Program-made: the position numbers and the translations under genes | Shown: positions 32,668-42,170 of the stretch, piece by piece | Layout of the letters: each line of letters begins with the position of its first letter | How positions within the stretch are numbered: the stretch's first letter is position 1 | The notes under the pieces: model-generated | Seen by the model: the letters and a program-made list of their open reading frames with translations, nothing else | The model's database searches: none | Told to the model about the DNA's origin: nothing | Origin: an uncultured Bacteroidales bacterium | Lineage (GTDB): Bacteria; Bacteroidota; Bacteroidia; Bacteroidales; UBA3824 | Length of the DNA stretch: 64,000 nt | Assembly: GCA_947168365.1 (NCBI GenBank) | Contig: CAMVLO010000002.1 | Coordinates: forward strand, 2,691-66,690 | Reading direction: 5' to 3'

Positions 32668-33108
32668 TTTTGTACGCGTACAAAAAAGTTTTGTCAAAGA
32701 ATTTTAGTGTTTTGTACGGGTACATCGGTGCTCTGAATTTTTTCAAAAGCATTTTGTACGGGTACATCGGTGCTCTGAATTTTTTCAAAAGCATTTTGTA
32801 CGGGTACATCGGTGCTCTGAATTTTTTCAAAAGCATTTTGTACGGGTATATCGGTACTCTGATTTTTTTCAAAAGCGTTTTGTACGCGTACATCGGAGTT
32901 TTGAAAAAAATCAAAAGACCACTCAACCCGTACAAAATTATTTTGTGAAAAAACAATTTGGCGCTCAACCCGTTCTCCACTCTTTTGTGAAAAAACAATT
33001 TGGCGCTCAACCCGTTCTCTACTCTTTTGTGAAAAAACAATCTGGCGGAAAACGGGTGCTGAAAGGTTTTGTAAAAAAACAATCTGGCGGAAAACGGGTG
33101 CTGAAATA
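32668..33108. repeat. 441-bp array of exactly 42-bp units in three sequence families (A x6, a 21-bp half unit, B x2, C x2), each unit starting TTTTGT
   Basis: Units hand-indexed at 32668, 32710, 32752, 32794, 32836, 32878, (32920 half unit), 32941, 32983, 33025 and 33067. An 18-bp perfect palindrome TTTTGTACGCGTACAAAA sits at 32668-32685. The array is open in one frame on each strand (tracked ORFs 32657..33142 minus and 32670..32948 plus). Confidence 0.92.
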
Positions 33109-33370
33109 AACTTCGGAGTTTTTTCATCATCGTAGAGTCCAAAAATAAATTATGACATCGTTTTTTTTGGGGTGTTAATCGATTTTACAAATTGATTTTT
33201 TTAAAATCTTATTATTATTAATAATTTTATTTTTTCATTAATTGATTTTTTTTATTTTATTATGTTTTGTTTTGCTCTAAAATACCGATTGTTAGTATAG
33301 GAAAAATGATATGTATTTGTTAGTTTTATTTTAATTAGTGCTTTACTTTTGTTTTTAAAGTAATATATTT

Positions 33371-33433
33371 ATGAAATTCAATTTATTTATAATTACAGTT
33401 GGATTGTTTTTATCCACTGTATCTTGCAAATAA
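33371..33433 (+). CDS. 20-codon ORF that encodes only a lipoprotein signal peptide (MKFNLFIITVGLFLSTVSCK*), either a micro-lipoprotein or a gene remnant
   Basis: Read directly from the sequence. The n-region, h-region and lipobox (STVSC) are intact, and a stop follows two codons after the Cys. Confidence 0.25.
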   Translation: MKFNLFIITVGLFLSTVSCK

Positions 33434-33495
33434 TATTGACGAATTATTTTCTTATTGGAAAAGTCTTTATTAATTAACCTTATAATACAACAGCA

Positions 33496-34119
33496 ATGAA
33501 AAAAATAGTAATTTTTGTTGTGCTTTTTATATTAGAAATTTCTAATATCATGGCACAAGATGAGGTAAAAAATAGTCATAAACCATTTTATACCGTAACA
33601 TTCGGGTACAATCGCTCAAAGTTGTTGAGTTCTACTTTCTCTGATTATTATGATTGGAAATCCGGTGTAAATTTCGGAGCAAATGTTAGTTTTCCGCTTA
33701 CAAAAACTTTCGGATTGCGTTCAGGTGTTTATTTTCAGCAAAAAGGTTATCTTGATGCTCAATCTGTTTCTCAAAATAAATACAGATTTGATTATATGGA
33801 AGTTCCTGTACTTGCATTATTTAATGTTCATTTCTGCAATGATTTAAGTATTGAATTTCAGACAGGAATTTATTTAGCATACGGAGTATACGGAAGTGAG
33901 GTTTGGGGATATACTATTCATGATGCAAATAATCAAGAAATATATATCGAAGAAGGTATTTTTGATATGTATGATAAATATGATTGGGGATTAAATGCTG
34001 GAATTGCTTTTAGATTCAAAAATTATTTTATTGGCTCATCAGTGGATTTTGGCGTTCCATCTATTGTAAACGATGCTCATCATTTGTGTTTAATGGGAAA
34101 TGTTGGTTTTTGTTTTTGA
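33496..34119 (+). CDS. Small outer-membrane beta-barrel protein (OmpA-barrel/porin-like family)
   Basis: Signal peptide, alternating amphipathic strands, aromatic-rich, C-terminal GNVGFCF. Confidence 0.65.
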   Translation: MKKIVIFVVLFILEISNIMAQDEVKNSHKPFYTVTFGYNRSKLLSSTFSDYYDWKSGVNFGANVSFPLTKTFGLRSGVYFQQKGYLDAQSVSQNKYRFDYMEVPVLALFNVHFCNDLSIEFQTGIYLAYGVYGSEVWGYTIHDANNQEIYIEEGIFDMYDKYDWGLNAGIAFRFKNYFIGSSVDFGVPSIVNDAHHLCLMGNVGFCF

Positions 34120-34142
34120 TTTTAATTGTTAAATAATTATTT

Positions 34143-34197
34143 GAAGCTGTCTAATTAGTTAATTTACTTAACTTGTAGACAGCTTCATTTTTTTTTC
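34143..34197 (+). terminator. Intrinsic terminator
   Basis: 11-bp stem GAAGCTGTCTA/TAGACAGCTTC followed by ATTTTTTTTT. Confidence 0.75.
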
Positions 34198-34381
34198 TGT
34201 ATCAGGATGCCAACGAATCATCTGTTGGAATGTAAATAAAACATTTTCAGAAGTTTAGATATTTTTGTATCCGTAGTTGAAAAAAGTAAAAGCAAAAGTT
34301 GATGTTTTATTACATTTTTGTTGTATTAATTCGTTTAAAAACATTATTTTTGCAACATATTTTTTTCGATTACTTAAAATT

Positions 34382-35578
34382 ATGAATATTATTCTTTCAG
34401 ACAATCTCGAACATCGATCTGAACTTTTGCCGTTGACATTTACACGTCCTGCCGGCGACCTCAGAGTTGGAATTCTTACTATACAAGAAAAATGGCAGAA
34501 ACTTACCGGTGAGCAAGTTTCTCTACTCGGTGATGACTATTTAAGAGTAAAATACAAACCTGTTTTTGCAGGTGACAATTTTGTAGTAGAATCTACTGTT
34601 TTGCCCGATGCTGATTTTGTAAACGAAGTAAAATCACTCAACAAAGGAGAAGGTATTGTTTTTAACGGCGAACTTGTAGCGGCTCGTCTCGATGATCAGG
34701 ATACTGAAAAATTTTATGCTGACCGCAAGTCGCTTAATGTTAATTCCAAAGAGTATAAGGAGCTTTCTAAATTTACTCATACATGGGATATTTTTGTAGA
34801 AAACGAAAAAGAGATTGAGCGCGATTTTCATCTTGTAACAAAGGGTAGAAAAAGTGCTGAACTTTCTTCAACAAACCGTTTCTTACAAAAAGACCATATC
34901 TTTGTAGAAGAAGGTGTTAAAGCTGAATTTTCTATTATCAATCCTGACGGCGGTTATGTATATTTAGGCAAGGATTCCGAAGTAATGGAAAATGCCGTAA
35001 TTCACGGTTCGCTTGCTCTGTGTGAACATTCTGTTGTAAAAATTTCTGCTAAGATATATGGTGCTACTACCATGGGACCTTATACCAAATGCGGTGGCGA
35101 GGTAAACAACGCTGTAATTTGGGGATATTCAAACAAGGGTCACGACGGATTTTTGGGTAACTCTGTTTTGGGACAATGGTGCAATCTTGGTGCCGATACC
35201 AACAACAGTAACCTCAAAAACAATTATGCAGAAGTAAAAGTATGGAACTATGCAACACATCGTTTTGTAAAAACCGGTTTGCAATTCTGCGGACTTATCA
35301 TGGGCGACCATTCTAAGAGCAGTATCAATACGATGTTTAATACCGGAACAGTGGTAGGAGTAAGTTCCAACGTATTTGGAGCGGGATTTCCGCGTAATTT
35401 TGTACCGTCGTTTGCATGGGGCGGTGCAGATACTGCATACGAAACCTATCCGTTTAAGAAAGCTTTGGAGACTGCTGAAATTATGATGGCACGTCGTCAT
35501 AAAGTACTCGACCAAACAGAGATTGATATATTGCAACACGTATTTGAAGAAACACAAAGTTTAAGATCACATTTCTAA
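34382..35578 (+). CDS. GlmU-like sugar-phosphate nucleotidyltransferase / left-handed beta-helix (hexapeptide) protein
   Basis: The N-terminus LLPLTFTRPAGDLRVGILTI is typical of nucleotidyltransferase folds. The C-terminal half has hexapeptide-like periodicity (NAVIWGYS...GFLGNSVLGQWCNLGADTNNSNLKN). I chose the start at ATG 34382 because the tracked start at 34277 is a non-ATG extension. Confidence 0.6.
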   Translation: MNIILSDNLEHRSELLPLTFTRPAGDLRVGILTIQEKWQKLTGEQVSLLGDDYLRVKYKPVFAGDNFVVESTVLPDADFVNEVKSLNKGEGIVFNGELVAARLDDQDTEKFYADRKSLNVNSKEYKELSKFTHTWDIFVENEKEIERDFHLVTKGRKSAELSSTNRFLQKDHIFVEEGVKAEFSIINPDGGYVYLGKDSEVMENAVIHGSLALCEHSVVKISAKIYGATTMGPYTKCGGEVNNAVIWGYSNKGHDGFLGNSVLGQWCNLGADTNNSNLKNNYAEVKVWNYATHRFVKTGLQFCGLIMGDHSKSSINTMFNTGTVVGVSSNVFGAGFPRNFVPSFAWGGADTAYETYPFKKALETAEIMMARRHKVLDQTEIDILQHVFEETQSLRSHF

Positions 35579-35586
35579 TTCGCTAT

Positions 35587-38094
35587 ATGAAAAACGACAA
35601 CAAGTCCAATCACATAGGAATTTTGATTGCCTCTGCGCCTTCGGGAGTGGAGTCGATGAATCAGTTGGTACATATTCCGGACGATGATACACTTGAGAAA
35701 GTGGATTGGCAGAAGGTAGGACCTGAAATTCCGGTTTTGCCTTTGCGCAACAATGCATTGTTTCCGCTGGTTGTTATGCCGATAAAATCCGGAAGACCAA
35801 ATTCTGTAGACCTTATAAAAAAAGCCTATAAAGAAGGAACATTTTTGGCATGTGTTACCCAAAAAGATCCGTCGCATCCGGCACCTTCGATAGATGATCT
35901 CTATCCGGTGGGCACAGTAGCTCGTATTCTCAAATTTTTGGAAATGCCCGACGGCAGTATTTCGGCTGTTATGCAAGGTGTTTACAGAATCAAGATTACG
36001 GGTGCGGGTGCAAGTTGCGATCCTGAACAGGGTTATATTACAGTAACATACAAGCCTTGTCGTGATTATTTCCCTGAGGAGGGCGACGAGGAGTTTGATG
36101 CCTTGATTGATTCTATAAAAGAAATCGGTATGGAGATTGCCAACAAGAGTGCCGAGAATGCACCTGAGTCGGTTTTCGCCATCAGAAATATACATACACC
36201 GGCATTTCTTATCAGTTTTATTGTAACAAATATCGAAATTACAGCCGAGGAGAAAAACAAACTCTTGGCACTCAATTCGGTAAAGAAACGTGCAATAGAA
36301 TTGTTGGGTATGCTGTCTACCGAGCAACAGAAAGTAAAACTTCGCGGTGATATCCAAGACAAAGTAAAACGTCAGATGGATAAGCAGCAGCGAGAGTATT
36401 TTCTCAATCAGCAAATCAAGACCTTGCAAAACGAGCTTGGCGGCGATCCGAATCAGGCACTTTTGGACGAATTGGAATCAAAAGCAGAATCCAAAGACTG
36501 GCCTGAGTATGCTAAATCGGCTTTTGACAAGCAACTTGCCCGTTTGAAAACCATTAATCCGCAATCTCCGGATTTTGCTATAGAATTGTCGTATTGTCAG
36601 ACTATTCTTGATTTGCCTTGGAACTATTGCACCGAAGATGATTTTACAATAGAAAGTGCTCAAAAAATACTTGATGATGATCATTACGGACTTGAGAAAG
36701 TAAAAGAGCGTATCTTGGAATATCTTGCAGTTCTGAAACTTAGGAAAAATCTCAAGTCACCGATATTATGTCTTTACGGACCTCCGGGTGTGGGCAAAAC
36801 TTCGCTCGGTCGCAGTATTGCCAACGCTTTGAAACGTAAGTATGTAAGGCTTTCGCTTGGAGGCGTTTATGACGAAGCCGAGATTCGCGGTCACCGTCGT
36901 ACTTATATCGGAGCTATGCCGGGACAGATTATCAAGAATATCAAGAAGGCAAATTCTTCCAATCCGGTTTTCGTGTTGGACGAGATAGATAAGATTGATT
37001 CCAATTTTCACGGCGATCCTGCATCTGCGCTTTTGGAAGTGTTGGACCCTGAGCAAAACTCTCAGTTTCATGACAATTATCTTGATTTAGATTATGATTT
37101 GTCTAACGTGATGTTTATTGCTACTGCCAACAATATCAATAAGATACAAGATGCTTTGCTCGACCGTATGGAGCTTATAGATGTATCGGGCTATGTTACG
37201 GAAGAGAAAGTAGAAATTGCCAAACGTCATCTTTTGCCCAAGATTTTGGACAATCACGGTTTGAAAAAAGATGATTTGGTATTGTCTGACGATATGATAA
37301 AGTATATTGTTAACAATTACACCAGAGAATCGGGCGTGCGCGAACTCAACAATGTATTGTCAACAATAGCACGAAAAACCGCTTTGAAAGTTGCAAGCAG
37401 CAAAAAATATAATCACGAGCTTTGCGAAGACGATGTTATAAAAGCACTTGGTAAACATAAATATTTCCATGATGAATATTTTGTAACCAGACAACCTGGT
37501 GTAATTCCGGGTTTGGCGTGGACATCGGCAGGCGGCGAGTTGCTTTATATAGAATCATTGTTGAGCAACGGCAGCGGTGTACTCAATATCACGGGCAATG
37601 TTGGAAAAGTGATGAAAGAATCAGCAGAAATAGCTCTTAACTATTTGTGTGCCAACGAGGACAATCTCGGTATCGACCACAGGATGTTCAAAGAGTTTGA
37701 TTTGAGCTTGCATTTCCCTGAGGGTGCAATTCCGAAAGATGGTCCGTCGGCAGGTATTACGATTTTTACATCTCTTGCATCGTTGTATACACAGCGACCT
37801 GTAAAACCTCGTATTGCAATGACCGGAGAACTTACACTTTCGGGACGTGTTTTGCCGGTAGGAGGTATAAAAGAAAAGATACTTGGTGCCAAACGTGCCG
37901 GTATCAAAAAAATCTTTATGTCGGAAGAAAACAGAGCTGATATTGAGGAAATAAAACCGATGTATCTCAAGGGTTTAACTTTTGTTTATGTAAAAAATGC
38001 AATGGAGTTGATACCGCTTGTATTGGAAAAATCGCAAGTGGAAAATCCTGTAAAACTAAAGGAGAAACCCAAAGAAAAGGAAAAAAACAATTAA
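35587..38094 (+). CDS. lon: ATP-dependent Lon protease
   Basis: Walker A GPPGVGKTS. Protease-domain PKDGPSAGITI with the catalytic Ser. Confidence 0.95.
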   Translation: MKNDNKSNHIGILIASAPSGVESMNQLVHIPDDDTLEKVDWQKVGPEIPVLPLRNNALFPLVVMPIKSGRPNSVDLIKKAYKEGTFLACVTQKDPSHPAPSIDDLYPVGTVARILKFLEMPDGSISAVMQGVYRIKITGAGASCDPEQGYITVTYKPCRDYFPEEGDEEFDALIDSIKEIGMEIANKSAENAPESVFAIRNIHTPAFLISFIVTNIEITAEEKNKLLALNSVKKRAIELLGMLSTEQQKVKLRGDIQDKVKRQMDKQQREYFLNQQIKTLQNELGGDPNQALLDELESKAESKDWPEYAKSAFDKQLARLKTINPQSPDFAIELSYCQTILDLPWNYCTEDDFTIESAQKILDDDHYGLEKVKERILEYLAVLKLRKNLKSPILCLYGPPGVGKTSLGRSIANALKRKYVRLSLGGVYDEAEIRGHRRTYIGAMPGQIIKNIKKANSSNPVFVLDEIDKIDSNFHGDPASALLEVLDPEQNSQFHDNYLDLDYDLSNVMFIATANNINKIQDALLDRMELIDVSGYVTEEKVEIAKRHLLPKILDNHGLKKDDLVLSDDMIKYIVNNYTRESGVRELNNVLSTIARKTALKVASSKKYNHELCEDDVIKALGKHKYFHDEYFVTRQPGVIPGLAWTSAGGELLYIESLLSNGSGVLNITGNVGKVMKESAEIALNYLCANEDNLGIDHRMFKEFDLSLHFPEGAIPKDGPSAGITIFTSLASLYTQRPVKPRIAMTGELTLSGRVLPVGGIKEKILGAKRAGIKKIFMSEENRADIEEIKPMYLKGLTFVYVKNAMELIPLVLEKSQVENPVKLKEKPKEKEKNN

Positions 38095-38131
38095 GAAAAA
38101 AATACATAAAGCGTATAGCTGAAAAACAAAT

Positions 38132-38665
38132 ATGTGGATACCGATTAGAACCTTGTATATGAATGAGATGAAAGTGGAAGCAAGGCTCAAGGAATTGGGT
38201 TTTGAAACTTTTATCCCGATGCGGTACGATGCACCGGATCTTGCTCCAAAAGAGGAGAGATGTACTTATCCATTGGTGCCGGCTATTCATAATTTACTGT
38301 TTGTTCATCATGATTATAGTCGGGATTGGTGTTTGGGTTTATTGAAACAAGTGGATTATCCGATTAGTTTCATAAAAAAAGAGCGCGACGGCAACGATTA
38401 TGCAGTGGTGCAAGATGCAGAAATGGAGATGTTTATAAAATTCTGCAACCCTATGATTGTTGGAACACAATTCAAGACGCCGGAGGAGATACAAATAAAA
38501 GCCGGAATGTTTGTACGAGTAAAACGCGGCGAGTTGGAAGGCATTGTCGGAAAGTTTGTAAGATATCACAAACGGCATTTTATTGCAATAGAAACTTCCG
38601 GTATCTGTGCTTTGATGACAATCAGATATAGTGATGTTGAAGTATTGAAAGACGAAAATGAATAG
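38132..38665 (+). CDS. UpxY-family (NusG-paralogue) transcription antiterminator, orphan
   Basis: NGN-like N-terminus (WIPIRTLYMNEMKVEARLKELGFETFIP) and a KOW-like region (GMFVRVKRGELEGIVGKFVRY). 177 aa. No polysaccharide locus follows it. Confidence 0.7.
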   Translation: MWIPIRTLYMNEMKVEARLKELGFETFIPMRYDAPDLAPKEERCTYPLVPAIHNLLFVHHDYSRDWCLGLLKQVDYPISFIKKERDGNDYAVVQDAEMEMFIKFCNPMIVGTQFKTPEEIQIKAGMFVRVKRGELEGIVGKFVRYHKRHFIAIETSGICALMTIRYSDVEVLKDENE

Positions 38666-38733
38666 ATAATCAGTAGTTTACATACTGAAATTTTAAATAA
38701 GCAAAAAAAAAATCGAAAAGAATAAATATTTTT

Positions 38734-38765
38734 TTTGTTGTATTAATATCTATTTATTAACTTTG
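38734..38765 (+). promoter_or_regulatory. Bacteroidota-type promoter (TTTG at 38734-38737, TAACTTTG at 38758-38765) with no ORF of 60 aa or more downstream
   Basis: Matches the -33 TTTG / -7 TAnnTTTG consensus with 20-nt spacing. Confidence 0.4.
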
Positions 38766-38863
38766 CTTTCGTAAAATCAAAAAATAATACAATTATTTAA
38801 GTCTACACTTTGTGTAGTAATATTTGTTTCATGTTATATTTATAAAAACGAAATCTTTATGGA

Positions 38864-38900
38864 AAATGGCGTTGTGATAACGTCATTTTTGTGTTTTTTG
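38864..38900 (+). terminator. Intrinsic terminator 1 in the upxY-uvrA spacer
   Basis: 10-bp stem AAATGGCGTT/AACGTCATTT followed by TTGTGTTTTTTG. Confidence 0.6.
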
Positions 38901-38949
38901 TCTATTTTAGACTTAAAACTTTAAAGTATTCAATTCAAAAATTCTTGGG

Positions 38950-38984
38950 ATGCGGGCGTTGAGAAACGTTACCGCATTTTTTTA
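38950..38984 (+). terminator. Intrinsic terminator 2 in the upxY-uvrA spacer
   Basis: Stems ATGCGG/CCGCAT and GCGTT/AACGT with a GAGA loop, followed by T7. Confidence 0.65.
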
Positions 38985-39151
38985 TTTATCTTGTTGCATT
39001 CAATTATGTATTTTTTTGTTAACAATTATTTTGTTGGGTACGGAATTTGTTCAATAATCTAAAAAAACGGGATATTAATATCAAAAATAGTTACAAAACA
39101 GTAGCAGAAGTTAATGATATAAGAAAAAAAAATTAAATAAATATTCACTTG

Positions 39152-39182
39152 TTTGCTACTTCAAGAAATATTTCTATCTTTG
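39152..39182 (+). promoter_or_regulatory. uvrA promoter (TTTG 39152-39155, TATCTTTG 39175-39182)
   Basis: Consensus -33/-7 elements with 19-nt spacing, about 27 nt upstream of ATG 39209. Confidence 0.5.
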
Positions 39183-39208
39183 CCCGAATAATTAAGAGTA
39201 AAATCGCT

Positions 39209-42076
39209 ATGCCAAAAAAAGAGGGAGCTAAGCCGGAAAACTTAGATATTTTGGATTTGGAAAATATTCATGTTTACGGTGCAAGAGTTCACAATCTTAA
39301 AAATATTGATGTTACGATACCACGAAACAAACTTACCGTAGTTACCGGATTGAGCGGCAGCGGTAAGAGTTCCTTGGCATTTGACACTATATTTGCTGAA
39401 GGTAGCAGACGTTACATCGAGACTTTCAATGCTTATGCACGACAGTTTCTCGGTGGAATGGAAAGACCTGATGTTGACAAGATTACAGGTCTCAGTCCCG
39501 TAATCAGCATAGAACAGAAAAGTACCAACAAAAATCCCCGTTCTACGGTTGGTACAATTACAGAAATATATGATTTCTTGAGAGTTTGGTTTGCCAGAGC
39601 CGGTGAAGCATTCAGCTACAATACCGGTGAGCGTATGGTAAAATACAACGAAGACCAGATTTGTGATTTGATTTCAAATCATTACGGCGGTCAGAAGGTT
39701 GTAATTTTGGCTCCTGTCGTAAAAGGCAGAAAGGGTCATTACCGCGAACTCTTTGAATCTATTCGTAAAAAGGGTTATATTCAAGTGCGTGTTGACGGTA
39801 ATATCAAAGATATTATCATCAATATGAAAACCGACCGTTACAAAATTCATAATATAGAAATTGTTGTTGACAAAATAGTAGTACCGGTTTCCGGCAAGAA
39901 GGATTCAGGCGGTATTGACAGGATGAAAAAGTCTGTACAAACAGCTTTGCAGCTTGGTAAAAATATTATCATGCTCTTAAATCCCGATACCGGCGAAGTT
40001 AGGTATTACAGCCGATTGTTGATGTGTCCTACTACCGGGCTTAGCTACAAAGAGCCGGCACCGCCAAACTTCTCTTACAATTCACCGTCCGGATTTTGTC
40101 CGTGCTGTAAGGGGCTTGGCGTTGTTAACAAAATAGATGTCAACAAAGTAATTCCGGACAAAAACCTTTCGATTCGCAAAGGCGGAATAGCTCCGTTGGG
40201 TAAATACACTGATAATTTTGTGTTCAGACAATTGGATGCACTTGCCGAGCGTGAGGGTTTCAGCCTTGATAAACCGATTAGTGAACTTACTGAAGAACAA
40301 CTCGATATGGTTCTCAACGGTTCGGCTGAGCCTTTGGAAATGGGTTGGATGGCAAAATACGGAAGTCCCCAGACTACTTACGACGGCATTTTGAAATATT
40401 TGGTAAATGCATCGGAGGAAGAAGAATCTCAAGAACTTGTACTGAGATTTTCTACAGAAGGAATCTGCCCTGAGTGTCACGGCGACCGACTCAACAAAGA
40501 GGCTTTGAGTTTTAAGATTGGCGGTAAAAATATTGCCGAACTTGCTCAAATGGATATTGAGGATTTGCGAAATTTCCTTGATGATGTAGAAAGCAAACTT
40601 TCAGACAAGCAGAAGAAGATTTCTACCGAGATACTCAAAGAAATTAAAACCAGAGTAGGATTCATGCACGATGTTGGTTTGGATTATTTGAGTTTGTACC
40701 GAACATCAACAAGTCTTTCGGGCGGCGAGGCACAGCGAATAAGGCTTGCAACTCAGATAGGTTCAAAACTTGTAAACGTTCTTTATATTTTGGACGAGCC
40801 TTCTATCGGTTTGCATCAGCGTGACAACGACAAGTTGATAAAATCGTTGAAACAACTTCGTGACAACGGCAATTCTATCATTGTTGTAGAACACGACAAA
40901 GATATGATAAAAAATGCCGATTATGTTGTTGACATCGGACCGGGAGCCGGACGTCTTGGCGGATATCTCACTGCATCGTGTACACCAAGCGAACTCGAAA
41001 AGCTTGATACTCTGACTGCTAAATATATCAAAGGAACTCTTGATGTAGAGATGCCGGAAAAACGTCGCGAAGGCAACGGCAAGTTCATAAAACTTTTCGG
41101 TTGCAAAGGAAATAATCTTAAAGATGTTGATTTAACGATACCTTTGGGCAAAATGGTATTAATCACAGGAGTATCAGGCAGCGGTAAGTCTACATTGATA
41201 AACGAGACGTTGCGACCGATACTTACAAAACATTTCTACCGTTCGTTGCAAAAGCCGAAAGAATACGATAGGATAGAAGGTATTGAAAATATCGACAAGG
41301 TAATCGAAGTAAATCAAGATCCGATTGGACGTACACCGAGATCAAATCCTTGTACATATACCAATCTGTTTGGTGATATAAGGAATTTGTATGCCGAGTT
41401 GCCACAGTCCAAAATCATGAATTACAAGCCCGGACGTTTTTCTTTTAATGTGAAAGGCGGAAGGTGTGAGGAATGTCAGGGTGCGGGCGTAAAAACAATC
41501 GAGATGAATTTCTTGCCAGATGTTTATGTAAAATGTGATGTTTGCAACGGCAGACGTTACAACCGTGAAACATTGGAAGTAAAATACAAAGGCAAGTCGA
41601 TAAGCGATGTTTTGGATATGACGATAAACCGCGCAGCCGAGTTTTTTGCCAACGTACCTCGAATCTTGAAGAAATTGCAGGCATTGCAAGGCGTTGGTAT
41701 GGGCTACGTAACGCTCGGACAGTCGGCAACCACGCTTTCGGGCGGTGAGGCTCAGCGCATAAAACTTGCAACCGAGCTTTCAAAATCCGAAACAGGAAAA
41801 ACACTTTATATATTGGATGAGCCTACCACGGGACTTCATCTTGAAGATATCCGTGTATTGATGAACGTATTGAATGCACTTGTAGAAAAAGGAAATACAG
41901 TAGTGATAATAGAGCACAATCTTGATGTTATAAAAGCAGCCGATTGGATAATAGATATGGGGCCGGAAGGCGGAAAAGGCGGCGGACAGATTGTAGCAGA
42001 AGGTACGCCGGAAGATATAATAAAAGCCGGCAAAGGCTATACAGCCCAATATTTGAAAAAAGAGATGAAAAAATAA
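39209..42076 (+). CDS. uvrA: Excinuclease ABC subunit A
   Basis: Two ABC ATPase modules (GLSGSGKSS and GVSGSGKST Walker A; two LSGGEAQRI signatures) and a Zn-finger CPECHG. I chose the start at 39209, downstream of the promoter. Confidence 0.95.
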   Translation: MPKKEGAKPENLDILDLENIHVYGARVHNLKNIDVTIPRNKLTVVTGLSGSGKSSLAFDTIFAEGSRRYIETFNAYARQFLGGMERPDVDKITGLSPVISIEQKSTNKNPRSTVGTITEIYDFLRVWFARAGEAFSYNTGERMVKYNEDQICDLISNHYGGQKVVILAPVVKGRKGHYRELFESIRKKGYIQVRVDGNIKDIIINMKTDRYKIHNIEIVVDKIVVPVSGKKDSGGIDRMKKSVQTALQLGKNIIMLLNPDTGEVRYYSRLLMCPTTGLSYKEPAPPNFSYNSPSGFCPCCKGLGVVNKIDVNKVIPDKNLSIRKGGIAPLGKYTDNFVFRQLDALAEREGFSLDKPISELTEEQLDMVLNGSAEPLEMGWMAKYGSPQTTYDGILKYLVNASEEEESQELVLRFSTEGICPECHGDRLNKEALSFKIGGKNIAELAQMDIEDLRNFLDDVESKLSDKQKKISTEILKEIKTRVGFMHDVGLDYLSLYRTSTSLSGGEAQRIRLATQIGSKLVNVLYILDEPSIGLHQRDNDKLIKSLKQLRDNGNSIIVVEHDKDMIKNADYVVDIGPGAGRLGGYLTASCTPSELEKLDTLTAKYIKGTLDVEMPEKRREGNGKFIKLFGCKGNNLKDVDLTIPLGKMVLITGVSGSGKSTLINETLRPILTKHFYRSLQKPKEYDRIEGIENIDKVIEVNQDPIGRTPRSNPCTYTNLFGDIRNLYAELPQSKIMNYKPGRFSFNVKGGRCEECQGAGVKTIEMNFLPDVYVKCDVCNGRRYNRETLEVKYKGKSISDVLDMTINRAAEFFANVPRILKKLQALQGVGMGYVTLGQSATTLSGGEAQRIKLATELSKSETGKTLYILDEPTTGLHLEDIRVLMNVLNALVEKGNTVVIIEHNLDVIKAADWIIDMGPEGGKGGGQIVAEGTPEDIIKAGKGYTAQYLKKEMKK

Positions 42077-42082
42077 AAAAAT

Positions 42083-42100
42083 ATTGCATAAATATTCGGA
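42083..42100. promoter_or_regulatory. Possible ARG box (ATTGCATAAATATTCGGA) upstream of argR
   Basis: Two core mismatches to the enterobacterial consensus wNTGAATwwwwATTCANw. The Bacteroidales ArgR motif was not checked. Confidence 0.25.
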
Positions 42101-42170
42101 AAAAGTCTTTTAAATTAAAAAAATTAGGAATAAATTTGTATCGTATTAATAATTTAAAAATTTTTGTACT

